From the NCBI GenBank assembly GCA_030390025.1, contig CM059435.1, positions 25,544,001 through 25,608,000 on the forward strand: DNA of 64,000 nucleotides. Reading direction: 5' to 3'. The notes below the pieces were generated by a model. That model worked only from the letters and a program-made list of their open reading frames with translations. It had not been told where the DNA came from and did not search any database. The translations under genes were made by a program, and so were the position numbers. The DNA comes from Squalus acanthias. Its lineage: Eukaryota. Positions 1-13,039 of the stretch are shown piece by piece. Each line of letters begins with the position of its first letter. The first letter of the stretch is position 1.

Positions 1-225
1 TTTGCTGTTTAATTAAAAGTTTTAAAAAGTTATTTAAAAGCTTTTAAAAGTCTTTAATAGGCTTTACAAGTCTTTAAAAGTTTCTAAAAGCTTTTAAAAT
101 TATTAAATATCTTTAATAGTCTTTAAAAGTCTTAAAAGTTTTAAAAATTATTTAAAAGTCTTTAGCAGTCTTCAAAAGTTTTTAAAAGTCTTTAAAAGTC
201 TTTAAAAGTTTTTGAAAGTTATAAT
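1..225. repeat. AT-rich degenerate ~10-bp tandem repeat (TTTAAAAGTC-like), probably internal to a MITE ending near 490
   Basis: Repeated taaaagtctt/taaaagtttt units; downstream sequence ends in aatttttgggcc (~479-490), resembling Harbinger MITE termini elsewhere in the window. Confidence 0.75.
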
Positions 226-531
226 AAACAACTAACTGGTAATTTCAATGCTACAGACTGAAAGAAGTTTCTGTGGGCATGGCTTAGTTTTGACAGATTT
301 TGTGGGTGTGTCTTCTCTTACACATAGGCTGTACGCTGCGCTCCTGGGCTCAGTGATGCAATACGCTGCACACAACTACAGCGCCGAACAGCAAGTCTAC
401 GTGTGGGGCCTCGCACAAGGTAAGTGCCAATTCTTTTCGGAGGTCGCCGGTGTACTCCATAGCTACACTGCCGACTGCAATTTTTGGGCCAATATATCAT
501 CCTGCTAAGGTGAAGCTATGTCCCTTTAAAG

Positions 532-951
532 TTAGTTAGTTAATTAGTTAGTTAGTTAGAGTCTCCTGTGCCTAGTGGCGGATGAGGCAAGCCATTTCTT
601 TCTCTGCTGTCTGTCCAGGGCATGACATTTGACTCCCATCGGAGTATCAGCTTGCCTTACATGCAGTAGATTGAGATTTTCCATAGTTGATGTTTATATA
701 TGCAAATCTGTTACATACTTGTCTTGTCTCCGGGTTGTTTCTATAACGAAAGGCATTTTTACGTGGACAGGTCAGTAGCCTGATTCACAACCCTCTAACA
801 GTAGGATCGGTGGACTACCTTTAGTCTGGCTCCTATCTTTTGACCTTTCTGGTTTGGGTGGCCCAGGAGTTAAGCTCCAGTCAGCATAGCTCTCAGGGTC
901 ATAGAGCACACAAGCCTTTCCACCACGTCAAGGTGCAGTCCCAAGGGAAGG
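532..951 (-). mobile_element. Bipartite non-autonomous RTE-clade retroposon (RTE 5' UTR joined to RTE 3' end)
   Basis: TSD TCCCTTTAAAG at 521-531 and 952-962; (TAAC)n tail on the minus strand at 532-559; RTE-type C-terminal codons ALDRQQRKKWLASSATRHRRL*; RTE/Rex3-like 5' UTR motifs (CACCTTGACGTGGTGG..GAGAGCTATG, GGGTTG..GGCTACTGACC..CGTAAAAA); no RT core. Confidence 0.8.
812..951 (-). ncRNA. Putative HDV-like (CPEB3-type) self-cleaving ribozyme
   Basis: Manual fold of the minus strand: P1 CCUUCCC/GGAAAGG (6 of 7 pairs), P2 GGACUGC/GUAGUCC (7 bp), P3 ACC/GGU, L3 UUGACGU, extended P4 (GCUCUAU/AUAGGAGC, GACC/GGUC), J4/2 CUAAAG; P1 begins at the element 5' end. Confidence 0.65.
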
Positions 952-1687
952 TCCCTTTAAAGCCACAAAGAGTAAGCATAGAGTGAGGTCATTCAGAGTT
1001 CCATTGCTTTTTAATGAGGGAATTTTGTGGATTAGAATGTTCTTGCAAATTTCAGGTTGCAAGTCAGAAGCCAGGAAGAAATGCCTGACTTTTTAAAAAA
1101 ATGTTATTGTTAAAGTCAATCAGAGCAGCCCAGGGAGGAAAATTAGTTGGGAAGGACCACTGGAGGAGTATATTTGAATTCTGTCCAAAACAGGCACAAA
1201 CTCAGCGAGCAGCCACACCTCCTGCTCAGTGCCGGTGCCAGAAGGCCCAAGCCATTTCAGCCCTCAAGCTGCAGTTATCAAATGGGCACTTCGCTCCAGC
1301 TAGCCAGTTGTGGAAGAGTTGGAAATTTCCTGTCTCTCATGCTGACAGGTTGGACCTGGGAGTGGGGTGGGGGGAGGAATCGATTGCAGAGGTGGTTGAG
1401 CACAAGCTGACAGCGGACCACGGTATTTTTTGATAAGCTAGGAGGAAAATTCCTCCTCTTTGTCACAACAAAAATTCTCCCCCAAGAAATTATTGTACCC
1501 TTTCTTGACCGCCGGTTTAGCCTCTCACCACCTGGTACAAAAGCCAGAGCGTGTGCAGCACACTCTCCACCCATTTGCACCTGAAAATTGTAAATGAGGT
1601 TCTACAACCAACTTAGGTCCCCAATTTGCATATGTGAGCAACCTCATGTTTGCAGCAGGTGGGTGTGCTGCTTCCCCATTTACGGGC

Positions 1688-1755
1688 TGCTGTGAAGCAC
1701 CTTGGGACGTTTTACTACGTTAAAGGCACTATCTAAATGCAGGTTGTTGTTGTTG
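1688..1755 (+). mobile_element. L2-type LINE 3' tail fragment
   Basis: ctgtgaagcaccttgggacgttttactacgttaaaggcactat..aaatgc..(gtt)n, the same tail as at ~20960-21024 and ~56860-56922. Confidence 0.7.
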
Positions 1756-2514
1756 GCTGTCATTGAGGCAGCCAAGATGCTCCCACCCCAGTTTTCAACT
1801 ATTGGCTGTCCATTTTTTCAGACGAGAAATGGGTGTCCGGCAGTTGAAGATTGCTCCCCACGTGTCCGTAATGCGCACAGATGTGCGATCCTCACTGCTG
1901 GATTACCCTCTCTGCACCGCATCTATGAGATGCTTTATGCTCAGGAACTAAAGATGAAATTCTACCCCTCTGACTATCTAAATAAGTCCACCCCAGTCCA
2001 ACACCGGCACCTCCACATCATATCTAAATAAGGCATTTACTGTTTTGGGGGGGATGTGTCTTTGTGTATCACAAAGGATTGGCTTTTTTTGCTTTGTTTT
2101 TAAATACTTTTTTTTGAAGCGTGCCACAGAAAAAAATTGCACATAGATAAGTGTGACAAAAAAGTGCACTAGATATATTGCTTTTATAAAAGATGAATAT
2201 GGAAGTCAGTGAATTAATTGAGTATGAAACAGTATGAAAGTTGGGTCTGTGGATCGCTAAATATTTTGCAGGAAATTTGCAAAGACTTACTGGATGGCAA
2301 CAAAAACTTAAATTTATGTAAAATCTTACCACCTCTCTCAGATATGTCCCAAAGTATTTAATTTACAATGCATAACTCTCTGTTCCTCTTAATTCAAAGT
2401 CACTTAATTCAAATTGTCTGCTACTTCCTTTTTTAGCAGTAAATTCTGACTTTGTTACTTAGGTCGCTTAATTCAAACTACTACTTAATTCAATTTTTTA
2501 GTGCAGAAACAACT

Positions 2515-2690
2515 TGACGTGCAGTCAATGTTGTGCTACAGACAAGCACGGCAGCCATTTTCTACAAAGCAAGAACCCACACACAGTTAATCTGTTTTTG
2601 CTACTATTTGTTACTGGAGGAATATTGGCTAGGATACCAGGAAAAATTACTTCAAATACTACCTGGAATATTTAATACCCCCTGCTATAA
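2515..2690 (-). mobile_element. Degraded DeuSINE fragment
   Basis: Aligns by eye to the central part of the SINE at 51371-51807 (ggcagccatttt..cagcaag..aatattggctaggatacc). Confidence 0.55.
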
Positions 2691-3034
2691 CTAGATCAGT
2701 ACTTGCTTTGAAATTTAGTCTGTCAAACAAAGATAATCAGATGAACAATGCCATTGATAGTTACAACCTATAAACACAAAGTTATGAAGGACCATAAATA
2801 TACATCGTCTGGATTTAGACATTTGATTAAATTCTAAGCTCAATTAGCATTAGACACGTTCAAGTCACACCTGGTTCAAAGACCCTTGAACTTAATAGTT
2901 TTCTGATTGAAGGCAAGCAGCCTTATACCTGTAGCCAAGACATCATCAGCTGTCATTTTGAAGTCTTGGGAAGGAACAGCTTCCACTTTGACAAACAGAT
3001 ATTATTGCTTTTAGAGCTATGGGTAAAATCAAAG

Positions 3035-4890
3035 TTTTTTATTCATTCTCGGACTGTGGCTGTTGCTAGCAAGTCCGTCATTTATTGCCCATCCCTAGTT
3101 GAGAAGGTGATGGTGGGCCTCCTTCAACCGCTTCATTCTGTGTGGTGAAAGTGCTCCCACAATGCTGTTAGGTTGGAAGTTCTAGGATTTTGACTCAGCA
3201 ACAATGAAGGAACTGGGAAATATGTCCAAGTCAAAATGATGTGTGACTTGGAGGGGAACTTGGATGTGATGGTGTTCCCGTGCTCTTGCTGCCCTTGTCC
3301 TTCTAGGTGATGGAGGGCGCGGGTTTGGAAGATGCTGCCGAAGAAGCCTTGAAGAGTTGCTGCAGTGAATCTTGTAGATAGTACACACTGCAGCCATGGT
3401 ACGCTGATGGTGGAGGGGTTGGATGTTTAGGCTAGTGTTCGAGGTGGTGAAGAGCGGACTGCTTTGTCCTGGATGGTGTCAGGCTTCTTGCAGCTGCACT
3501 CATCCAGGCAAGTGGAGAGTATTCCATCACACTTCTGACTTGTGCCTTGGAGATGGTGGAGACTCAGGAGGTGAGCCGCTCACCACAGAATACCCAGACC
3601 CTGACCTGCTCTTGTAACCAGGCATTTATGTGGCTGGTCCAGTTGAGTGTCTGGTCATTGATGACTCCAGGATGTTGATTGTAGGGGACTCGGCAATGGC
3701 AATGCCATTGAATGTCATGGGAATGTGGTTAGGCTCTCTCTTGTTAAAGATGATCATTACCTAGGACTTATGCATGTCAATGTTACTTGCCACTTATCAA
3801 CCCAAGCCAGGACGTTGGACTGCTTCATTATCTAAGGAATTGCGAAGGGTACTGAACACTGAGCAATCATCAGCGAACAGCCCCACTTCTGACCTTATTA
3901 TGGAAGGAAGGTCATTGATGAAGCAGCTGAAGATAGTCGTGCCTCGGACGCTGCACGGATGAACTCCTGCAGCGATGTCCAGGGGTTGATATGATTGGCC
4001 TCCAATGACCAAAGCCATCATCCTTTGTGCCAGGTATGACTCCAAACAACTAAAGCCATCGTCCTTTGTGCCAGCTATGACTCCAGCCACTGGAGAGTTT
4101 TCCCCCTGATCTCCATTGACTTCAGTTTTACAAGAGCTCCTTGATGCAACTCAGTTGAGTGCTTCCTTGATGTCAAGGGGTAGTCACTCTCCACATCATC
4201 TGTGGAATTCAGCTTCTGTTTCCATGTTTGGACCAAGGCTGTAATGAGGTCGGGTAGAACCCAAACTGAGCATCGGTGAGCAGATTAATGGTGAGTAAGT
4301 ACCGCTTGATAGCACTGTTGACGACTTCTTCCATCACTTTGCTGATGATTGGGAGTAGGCTGATAGAGTGGTTAGTAGATGGGTTGAATTTGACCTTTTT
4401 TTGTGAATAGGACATTCCTAGGCAATTTTCAACATTGTTGGGTAGATGCAAGAGTTGTAGCTGTAGTGGAACAGCTTGGCTAGGGTCGTGGCTAGTTTTG
4501 GAGCACAGGTCTTCAACACTACGGCCGGGATGTTGTCAGGGCCCATAGCCTTTGCTGTGTCCAGTGTGTTCAGCCCTTTCTCGATGTCACGTATAGTGAA
4601 TCGAATTGGCTGAAGACTGGCATCTGTGTGATGGTGGGGATCTCAGAAGAAGGCCGAGAAGGATCATCCACTTGACACCTCTGGCTCAAAGTTCTTGCAA
4701 ATGTTTCACCCTTCTCTTTATTATTCACTTGCTGGTCTCTGCTATCATTGAGAATGGGAATGTTCACGGAGCCTCCTCCTCCCATTGCTTGCTTAATTGT
4801 CCCAACACCATTCATAACTGGATGTGGTAGGACTGCAGAGCTTTGGTCTGAACCATTGGTTGTGGGGTTGCTTTGCTCTGTCTATAGCAA
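3035..4890 (-). mobile_element. Degraded non-LTR retrotransposon, RT region and 3' end (CR1/L2/Jockey group)
   Basis: Frameshifted RT motifs ISLLPIISKVMEEVVN..LLTDAQFGF and FSCFINDLPSIIRSEVGLFADDCSVF; A-rich 3' end near 3035. Confidence 0.85.
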
Positions 4891-6859
4891 GTTATGGGAA
4901 GGGGAGAAATTTCTTAAAGAATGGAATGCGTCTTTAGTGACTAAGATGTCTTTTTTCAAAATTCCCAACTTTGATAAATAACCTTTCAAATTTTTAGTAA
5001 ATTTCCCAGCTCTCAAAATCTGTAAGTTTTTCGCGACTACAGAGGGCGCAAATTGGGAAATTACGCACCTGCAGCTCATGATGAGGGCTGTGGGTGCAAA
5101 ATTTCCAAATATGCAATGTCAATGAGCGTGGCTCTGCTCCAGGAACACCAAAGCGTAAAATTTACCCTTAAAACATCTACTGCTGCGAATCTTTGAGGTC
5201 ATGAATTGTCTTTTCTTACCGTGTGAACAGAAGTGTGTGTAACAGTGTTTAAAACCATTTGGTGAAATGAGATCTTGGCTTCAAATTAGCCACAGAGAAC
5301 AAGAAAATACAGTGTTCATTACTCGTTTGTGCTGCTATACTCCAAGAATAATGTAGAAACTAACATTCATTGGCTCATTTTAAATCTCATTCCATATTTA
5401 TTTACTGAGAGAGACTGCAAGCAGAGCTTTAAAAATGCATTAGTAGTACCCTCGGATTACTTCAAAGGAATGAAGGTCATGGTGCAAATGCATTTACTTT
5501 GCTTTGTGCTTTGAAATACAATGGTACTATGTACAAATTTAGTGTGAAAAATGGAAAATGATTACCAAGACCCAGAGCTTGAAAACAAGGTGTCTTTGGC
5601 ACGTTTTCAGCTCTTGGCCAGTTAGAATTATCTCCTAAATAAATAGCCATGCACAGAACTAGCTGAATAATTGATGAGCTGGAAGAGCTAGGGTTTTTTG
5701 CAGGAAGTGGCGATTTCAAGAACACTAGGGCCTTGTGTCACTGTCACAGCTGGCAGCTGTACTCTTACTGAGGTAATCTGCCTTGACTTTAGGTCCTCAC
5801 ACAAATTTGCACATCCTTCTTAGTGTCTGACAAATCATCACTTTAAATTTTCAACTAGTTTTTAAACTTATCAAAGCAAGATAGATTGCTTTAGTGGATT
5901 TATATCAGTGCTTTCTGTGTGTGTCAAAACTGCTGTGCACAACAACCTGTTTAAAGTTTTTTTGCATGGCAGATAAATAAAGAAAACACTGTATAAGCAT
6001 TCATAGTATGTTGTGTGTGTTGGAAGGCAGGATGGGATGGTGGAAGTACCTAAATTTAAATTCAGATGTTCGTGAAATGTGTTGTGCATTAATATGCTGC
6101 GGCGGATAAAATGCAATGTACTTGCAGATGAAAGATAATATAAAATTCTCCGCAATAGCTGATAACAAAAATTGAAGTTTAGTTTAGTTTCAATTGAATG
6201 TCATGATTGCTTAGAATAGCTCAATGGATAAAGTATATGGACAAGTCACTGCAGCATTTCCAAAGAAATGATAAGACAGCGTTGACTGTATGAAGTTTAA
6301 CTTACTGTACAGCACATAAAACAAAATATTCACAGTCCATAGAGTCTTTGTGTTCCATTCCTTTTAAAAAACTGTTTTGCAGATGTCCATAAGTTTGTAG
6401 AAAGTACTGTTTTTCACAAGCATTATCTTAGGTAAATACATTGACTACTTTCAAGGTCTTCACACTTTTTATTCAACAATATGTGTGAATATGTTGAGCC
6501 ATGAAAAGTATTTGCATATTCATTTTCTTTTCCAAAGTTTTCCATTTTTTTGTTATACTTACCTCTAAGGGTCTGGCAGTACTGAGTCCCTTTCAAAACA
6601 CATGTGCTTATTTTCCATGTACTATCTACCTATATTATTAAAACATTTGTGTCCGTATGATTGTTATCTCATCATGTTGCAGAGATTCTTCTCTTCCACC
6701 AATCAGATCATAGAACCAGAGACCACTGACTCTTCAATTACTCACATTCCAGAATTGAACGAATCAGATCCTAAGGACCACTATCCCTTTAACTGCCCTG
6801 TTCAACCAGAAAACAATTAGATCCCAGAACAAGTATCAACAAAAATACTTCCCTTTGCA

Positions 6860-7160
6860 TGCAACTGCCATGGCAGTTGCTCACTCAACCCCTTTATACT
6901 CTTAAAAATAACGGCTTGAGACTTCTTCATGAGGTCCACCGGACTTCCATCATAGCTCCGGGGGAATCCAGCAGATCATCCCAGAAACAGGCAGGGACGT
7001 GGATATACTGGGTCCCTGCTGACTCTGGGAGTTCATATCCTGCCTTATTAGTGCTAGAACCTCTGCCTGGCTCTTACAAGGAAAATTATGCAAAGAGGAC
7101 AGAGCAGAGATTCTGGTGGGAGCTCCATTTCCCATGTATAAAACTGGTCATTATGCCAAG
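6860..7160 (+). mobile_element. Possible highly decayed Penelope-like GIY-YIG fragment
   Basis: Only weak peptide resemblance (TQPLY..HRTSI..LLVLE..KRTEQRFWWEL) to the C-terminus of PLE endonucleases. Confidence 0.25.
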
Positions 7161-8149
7161 TTGAGGTGTACTGCCACCAGAAGATCGCAATTTGGTCCCA
7201 CTCAGGGGTCCAAGGCAAGGAAGTAGCATGGGGCCCAGAAAATATAGGAAAACTTTTTTAAAAACTGGATCGGGCCCTTTACACAGGGGATCAACAAGGA
7301 ACTCCATGGAGTCTTCGGGTTGGGGGGGTGCAGTGGTGGCTGGGCACCCCCAACCCACTCTGTTGGCAGCCAGTTACAGATTTCCAATCAACGTGGGGCA
7401 GACGAGTGCCAGAGATGCACCCGTGGGCACCGACCAGTACCATACTCATTAGGTGCCCTCAATGACCCCAAAATTGGATAGGGTCAGCACTGGAGAGTAC
7501 CAGTCAGTAAAATCCTAGTGGTTACACCACGAGTGAAGCCTGCAGATTTTGGAGCAAACATATTTGTCCCCTTAAAGGTATGACCAAGGAAAAAAAAATC
7601 ACCCTAATCCAGGTTCACATTACTTTTTACATTGCAAGTAGTCAGTTAAGCCTTATTTCATGGTTCCTTGTTGTTAGGGTCATGTTCTGCCTAATATCCC
7701 TTTTAAGCATTAGTGATCACCATCACTTGTATTGTATCAGATCACCACTGTAGGTCCCAAGTGGCTGGAATTCCAACTCCTAGATGGCATTGTGCCAATT
7801 CAATAAATGACCCTCTGAAGCAGCACAGGCTCTGGCATTCAGTGAGCAATAACAGGAAAGGTTAGGCATCTATCCAAGACTTCAAAGCATGGTCATGGTA
7901 AACTTGAGAAACCGCACTCCGGGAGCTGACTAACATTGAGCAGTGCCACCGGAGATCTACTTGTATTTTATTGCAATTACAACTTTCCCAGGCTTGACTC
8001 ACAATATTTTAATTTTGAATCACAAAGATATTCTCAAGGGTCTTTAATCAAGGGGATCAAGTAAATGTATGATATCTTTGGGACCATGGGTATTGTCTGA
8101 AAGTATAGTTCATAAGAAGTCTACAACGCCTTCAAACATCTGAAATGGA

Positions 8150-9060
8150 GTTAAAGTGGAGATTGCAGAGGCTGAGGAAGGATATCTTACAGGGAAGCTC
8201 AGGGTGAATCTTTGAGGGTGGTAGCCAAGAATTATACTTTGAAGGAGCAATGAAGGTTGGAACAGATTGAGGTGCTCAAAGGAGGAGAAGGTGCTGGAGT
8301 TGTTTGGGGAAAGACCAAGGTGTGACTTGGTGATAAGGACCACAGTCTCACTGTGGCGGTTTAGGCAGGGGAAGTGGTAGAAAGTAAAGCCTGGAAGAGA
8401 GGCTTTGATAAGAGGCAAGGTGTCACTACCCATGAGCCAAGTTTCAGTCAAAACAATGATGTCAAAACAGTCATCCAGAATAAGGCCATGGATGGCAATT
8501 GCTTTGTTCGTAAGCAAACAAACATTCTGGAGAGAATTGTGGAGGGGCACGGTGATTGTTGATCCACTGCAGAGTTCAAAGGGGCGGTGATGGGTGTGAT
8601 GAGGGGAATGGGAAGGAGGTTCATGAGGTTAGCGGTCACTGAGAAGAGAGGTTGGGACTGTTGGTCGTAAAGAGACAGCAATGGGAGAATGCTGAGAAAG
8701 ACATAGAGGGTAACTGTGTGCTAATTTAAGGGAGATTCATGCCTGAGAGAGCAGCAGGAGGGTAAGACAGAAGAGGAGCATGATGGGTTGGGGTTGGGAG
8801 TGGGAAGAGACAAAATACCTGAGAGGGGAGAAATTAAAGTTAGCATGACTGGGTGGTAGAAAGGGGAGGCGAGTGGAGACAAGGGCATGAGAAGGGCTGA
8901 GAGAAAACAAAAGGGGTGATAGAAGTAATGGACTCAAGTCTGAGCAGCAGCCAAATGCAGACCCGAATGAATAGAAAGGGAATTCGGGTTACAGAGAAAC
9001 AGCAGAGATTAGACAAGACCTGTCGTGGTCAGAGATAAAGAGGACTGGAATGATACGATA
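8150..9060 (-). mobile_element. L2/CR1 LINE fragment, AP-endonuclease region of ORF2
   Basis: ORF 8110-8550 contains LQNVCLLTNK..DIIVLTETWL..PGFTFYHFPC..LITKSHL, typical APE N-terminal motifs. Confidence 0.75.
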
Positions 9061-9564
9061 TGAAACAATCCAAAGTTAGCGTCTCAGGGCCTCTGGTGGG
9101 ATGAAGTTGCTTTGTAGACAGCCTGTAGTCAGCTTAAAGTGTGCACAAACCAAAATGTCTTGAAAGGATAATATGTGGTCCAATAATAAATTACTTATAA
9201 CTGCTAGCCATTAAGGCTGAATATGGCTCCTTGATCTGACATGCAATGGCACAATTAAAATCAACCTGTAATCAAGGTCTAAGAAAAAAGTGACAAGAAT
9301 GGAGATGTGCTACCAAAAAAAGTTTGGTACTGAATGGAGACAGATCCTACTTTTGCACCTTGTTGGGGAAGAAGAGACCGCAGAAGTGATTCTGCAACTC
9401 TGCACTTCTAACATGGAAATCGCATTTGAAGGGATTGAGGGTTGGAGATAGGACTACAACATTGTAACCCTGATTCTTCGATTTGCGCTGCCATGGAGGT
9501 GCGAGATCACGGAATTACACCTCATATGCACTGAATCCTCTGATTTTCATAAATAACTTTTTAC

Positions 9565-10443
9565 GGGGGAGAAATTCGGTATCGCCCTGTTTGGGGTGCA
9601 ATTATCAGCCGGGCACAAAGTTTCGCGCCTGGCACTAATTATCACCTCCGACTGCAAACTTGGCTTCTATCGCCCCTGGAGGTGATTGGAGTGCTAAATC
9701 AGGCGCTACACACCTCTCTTAAGGCGCTAACGCCGAGGAGTGAGGTGCTACCTGAGAGTGCTGGCGAAGCTCATATGATGTCAGTCAGCAATGGAACATG
9801 AGACACACTGGCGCCGGCCAGTTCTTAAAGGGGAGGGTCAATCTTGCTCTCCATCCACACCCTGCTCATTGCAGCCTTGAATTTCAGCCTGGAGAGACCT
9901 GTACATCAATTCTGCTGGAAAGAACAATGGAGAGAACCAGGGAAAGAGCTCAGAGTGCAGCCCCCGTTAGTCTCTTCTAAATCGATGCAAGGAAGGTCAA
10001 ATCAAAATGAACCTGCTAAGTGCTGCTCAGTACCCAAAGCTCCTTCACACAGCGTTGAATCTCTCCAGAAGTCTCTCTCTCTCAGAATGCATGGTGCAAA
10101 AATGTCGTTGACAAAAAAAGGCAGGAAGCGGCTGCCTTTAAATAGCGCTCCCCCAGCCCCTTCCCGACTGCAAAACATTCCCCTCAACCTGTCGTTGCTA
10201 GCGGCAGGCGGAAAGGCAGGGGGCGCCATTCAATATCCGGTCCGGGGCGTTGCACGCTTAACTGACATCACGATCTCCGGGCGCAGGAGATCGTGGCGGT
10301 AGTGTTTAGCGCCGCCGCAAAATGTCTGGTCAATTTCGCGAGCGGCGCAAACATTGCCGCACCCGGGCGCTAGTTGCTCTGTGCCCCATTAGCGCCCTCT
10401 TAGGGCACTAACGGGAGGCGCAAAACAACTGAATTTTTCCCCC
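9565..10443. mobile_element. PIF/Harbinger-type MITE
   Basis: TIRs GGGGGAGAAATTC / GAATTTTTCCCCC; 3-bp TSD TAC; CpG-rich subterminal regions shared with 15020-15736. Confidence 0.85.
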
Positions 10444-12349
10444 TACGTGTTTGAAATGTATAAAAATATCAGTTGTGCGTAATGTAGGCTAACATGACCA
10501 TATCACTGGTGCAAATCATTATTCAGAAAGTTTTAATAGATTTATGATTACATTTTTAATTTTAGGACTCCCGATGCAGAGCTTTGCAAGAGTGGATCAC
10601 TTATCAAGAATTTGAGAGTGGCGGTCAGAGCAACCAATTCACCACAATTTGGGTGCTAACCCTCGCACCCAAGTTCCCAATATGTGTTCCTGCTGTGCGA
10701 ATCTCTATGCCAGGAGTACTAAATCATAAATGAACCCTGTTATTTAATGTCTTGGGCACCAGTCTTTGAAAAATACATTCTCAGACAATGTACTGGTCAG
10801 CCTTTTTTTTTAGTGGGGTATTGATTCGTTGGAGAGGAATCGGTGCAGACTGACCAGCATCTTCCCAGTGCATAGAGCTCTAAGTTATAAAGAGGGACTC
10901 ACAGAACTGGACTCATTTTCATCAGAGAATAGGTTTGAGAAGAGATTAATGTATTCAAGCATTTAAAGTGATGAGATGAGCATTTGTGCAAAACTGCTTT
11001 TTCCATATAGTGCAATAATTTAATAGAACTGACACATTTTACTTTGCAAAATATCAGCATTCAGCAGTATTTGAGGTAGACTAATAGCAATGGCATGAAT
11101 TGGGCCAAAAAACAGATTTCGACCTAAAGTACCATTTCCTGCCCAGCAGAGAAATTAGAAAACATGTATATTTCACTTAATGCAATGATACCTTTTCTGT
11201 TTGTGTCGCTGATAAGTGATTCTAGACCTTATCTCTCTCAGTTACATGTTTAAATTAAAGATTTCCATTAATAAAAGTGTCTGGACTGCTGTTTCTCCCA
11301 TTGTGAGCCTCATGATATTCCTCAGAGGAGGCTGGATACATCCTGGATGAATTTGGGACTGGCCACTGCTTTAGCCAATTGCCCTCACTTATGGGATCAA
11401 AATCTCGAGTTAGACGCAAGGCCAAAGAAAAGGGAAAAAAAAAATCAGGTCTACTATCATGCTAATCCCGTGAGATAGAATGAATTGATTTGCCCTAAAA
11501 GCATGTATAGTAACCCAGCGGTCTCAGTGCTTCTCCCATGTGGTGCAGAAATAATCTTACTCTTCCTGTTGACAGGGTGTAACGTCTTTAATTAAGTAAG
11601 ACTGAGAGGCATGTAATGGTTTAGTGACCTCAGTCTGGTGGCTGTTGATCTTTAACCCTGACCCCTGCCTTTTTTTCTATTCATGGCAGCATTTTAACAG
11701 CAGCAAACGCAAAAGTAAAAATGTCTTATAGTGACATTATAATACGTGTAACTTAGAATGTTTAATTCTGAAGGATCATTTTTCGACGGACGGGGAACCT
11801 CACCATCCAGCAGCTCATATCAGAAATTTGGCCATGGGCTGTGCATGATTTTCTGACCATATAAATTCATGACAGAATTGCACCTGAATTTACAGGTATG
11901 TGCTGTCGGGCAAGCACAAGGTCCAAAATTGACCCCGCTGGATTCTACAGTACATTTCTTATGACAGCCTGCAACTGAATTCATGTCTTGTACTGGATTA
12001 AAAAAAAAGTAACTATATTTAAATAGAGGAAACACAACAATACATATCAGGATGGATTGATACTGGAATATAACCTTGCGTATCTTACAAGCAGCACTGG
12101 TTGCAGTAAAAACAGAAGTCCAGAGAATTTGAGAGAGGAGAGTAGACATAGAAAATATTGGAAACAACTAGAAAGTGCAAAATAAACTCAGAAAATCGAG
12201 AAGTAGCAGAAATACATTTTAAGAGAAACAAATATATCTTTAAAGGGACAGGTGGACTCAGAGAGGGATAGTGCTAACTCAGGCACATTATAAAAATGAA
12301 CAAATGGAAAAAGTGCGACTCATAATTAAAACATTTTGAGGTAAATATA

Positions 12350-12875
12350 GCCCCGATTTTAACCTGGAATGGGATTTAGGTGGACAGTGGGGTGAGTACC
12401 AAACCCCCCGCCCCCACACCCCCAACTCTGGCGCCATGAGGCCCGCGACATTTTAACTGCTGAGCCTGAAACGTGCGGGAAGCGGCAGCTAATTGGTGGG
12501 CGGGAGTGGAAGTTTGGATGGCAGGAAGCCACCCTCTGGCACCAAAGAGAGACTCGCCAGTAAGAAAGTAATTCACGGGGAGAAGGTTTCAGGACGGCCT
12601 CACAGGAGGGAAGAGTTGGGGCGGAGTCTCTGTCAGGGGAACACTCCTGCTCCTCCTGCCCCACAAGGAAAGTAAAAAATCTTATTTTAAATGGCCTCTT
12701 CAGATCCATCATCCTCTTCCCGCTGTCTTCACCTGCTCAGGCCAGAGTTAAAATTGGAGTCGGGCCCCGATGTCATCGTTGGGGCCCCGATATACAGATT
12801 TAAAGAAGGAACCCCCCCCCCAGCTTCAGGCGGGTGCCCTTGCCACCTGCTCAGAAAAGCAGGTTAAAATTGAAG
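12350..12875. mobile_element. Degenerate Harbinger-like MITE
   Basis: GC-rich island with cgattttaacctg / caggttaaaattg inverted ends; no clear TSD. Confidence 0.5.
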
Positions 12876-13039
12876 ATGGCGAGATCTACGTAGTAGTGAT
12901 CAGGTGATGACACGAATAAGTTAGAGGGGAAAGGAAAAGAAAGTTTTACACAAAAGCCAGATAACCATCCCAGGACACCCAGCTCTACCTCTCCACCACC
13001 TTTCCTGACTTTACAATGGCCTCCATGCTGTCCAACATC

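Noticed and set aside
9565-10443. CpG-island promoter
   Set aside because: The CpG richness lies entirely within TIR/TSD-bounded MITEs, as also at 15020-15736
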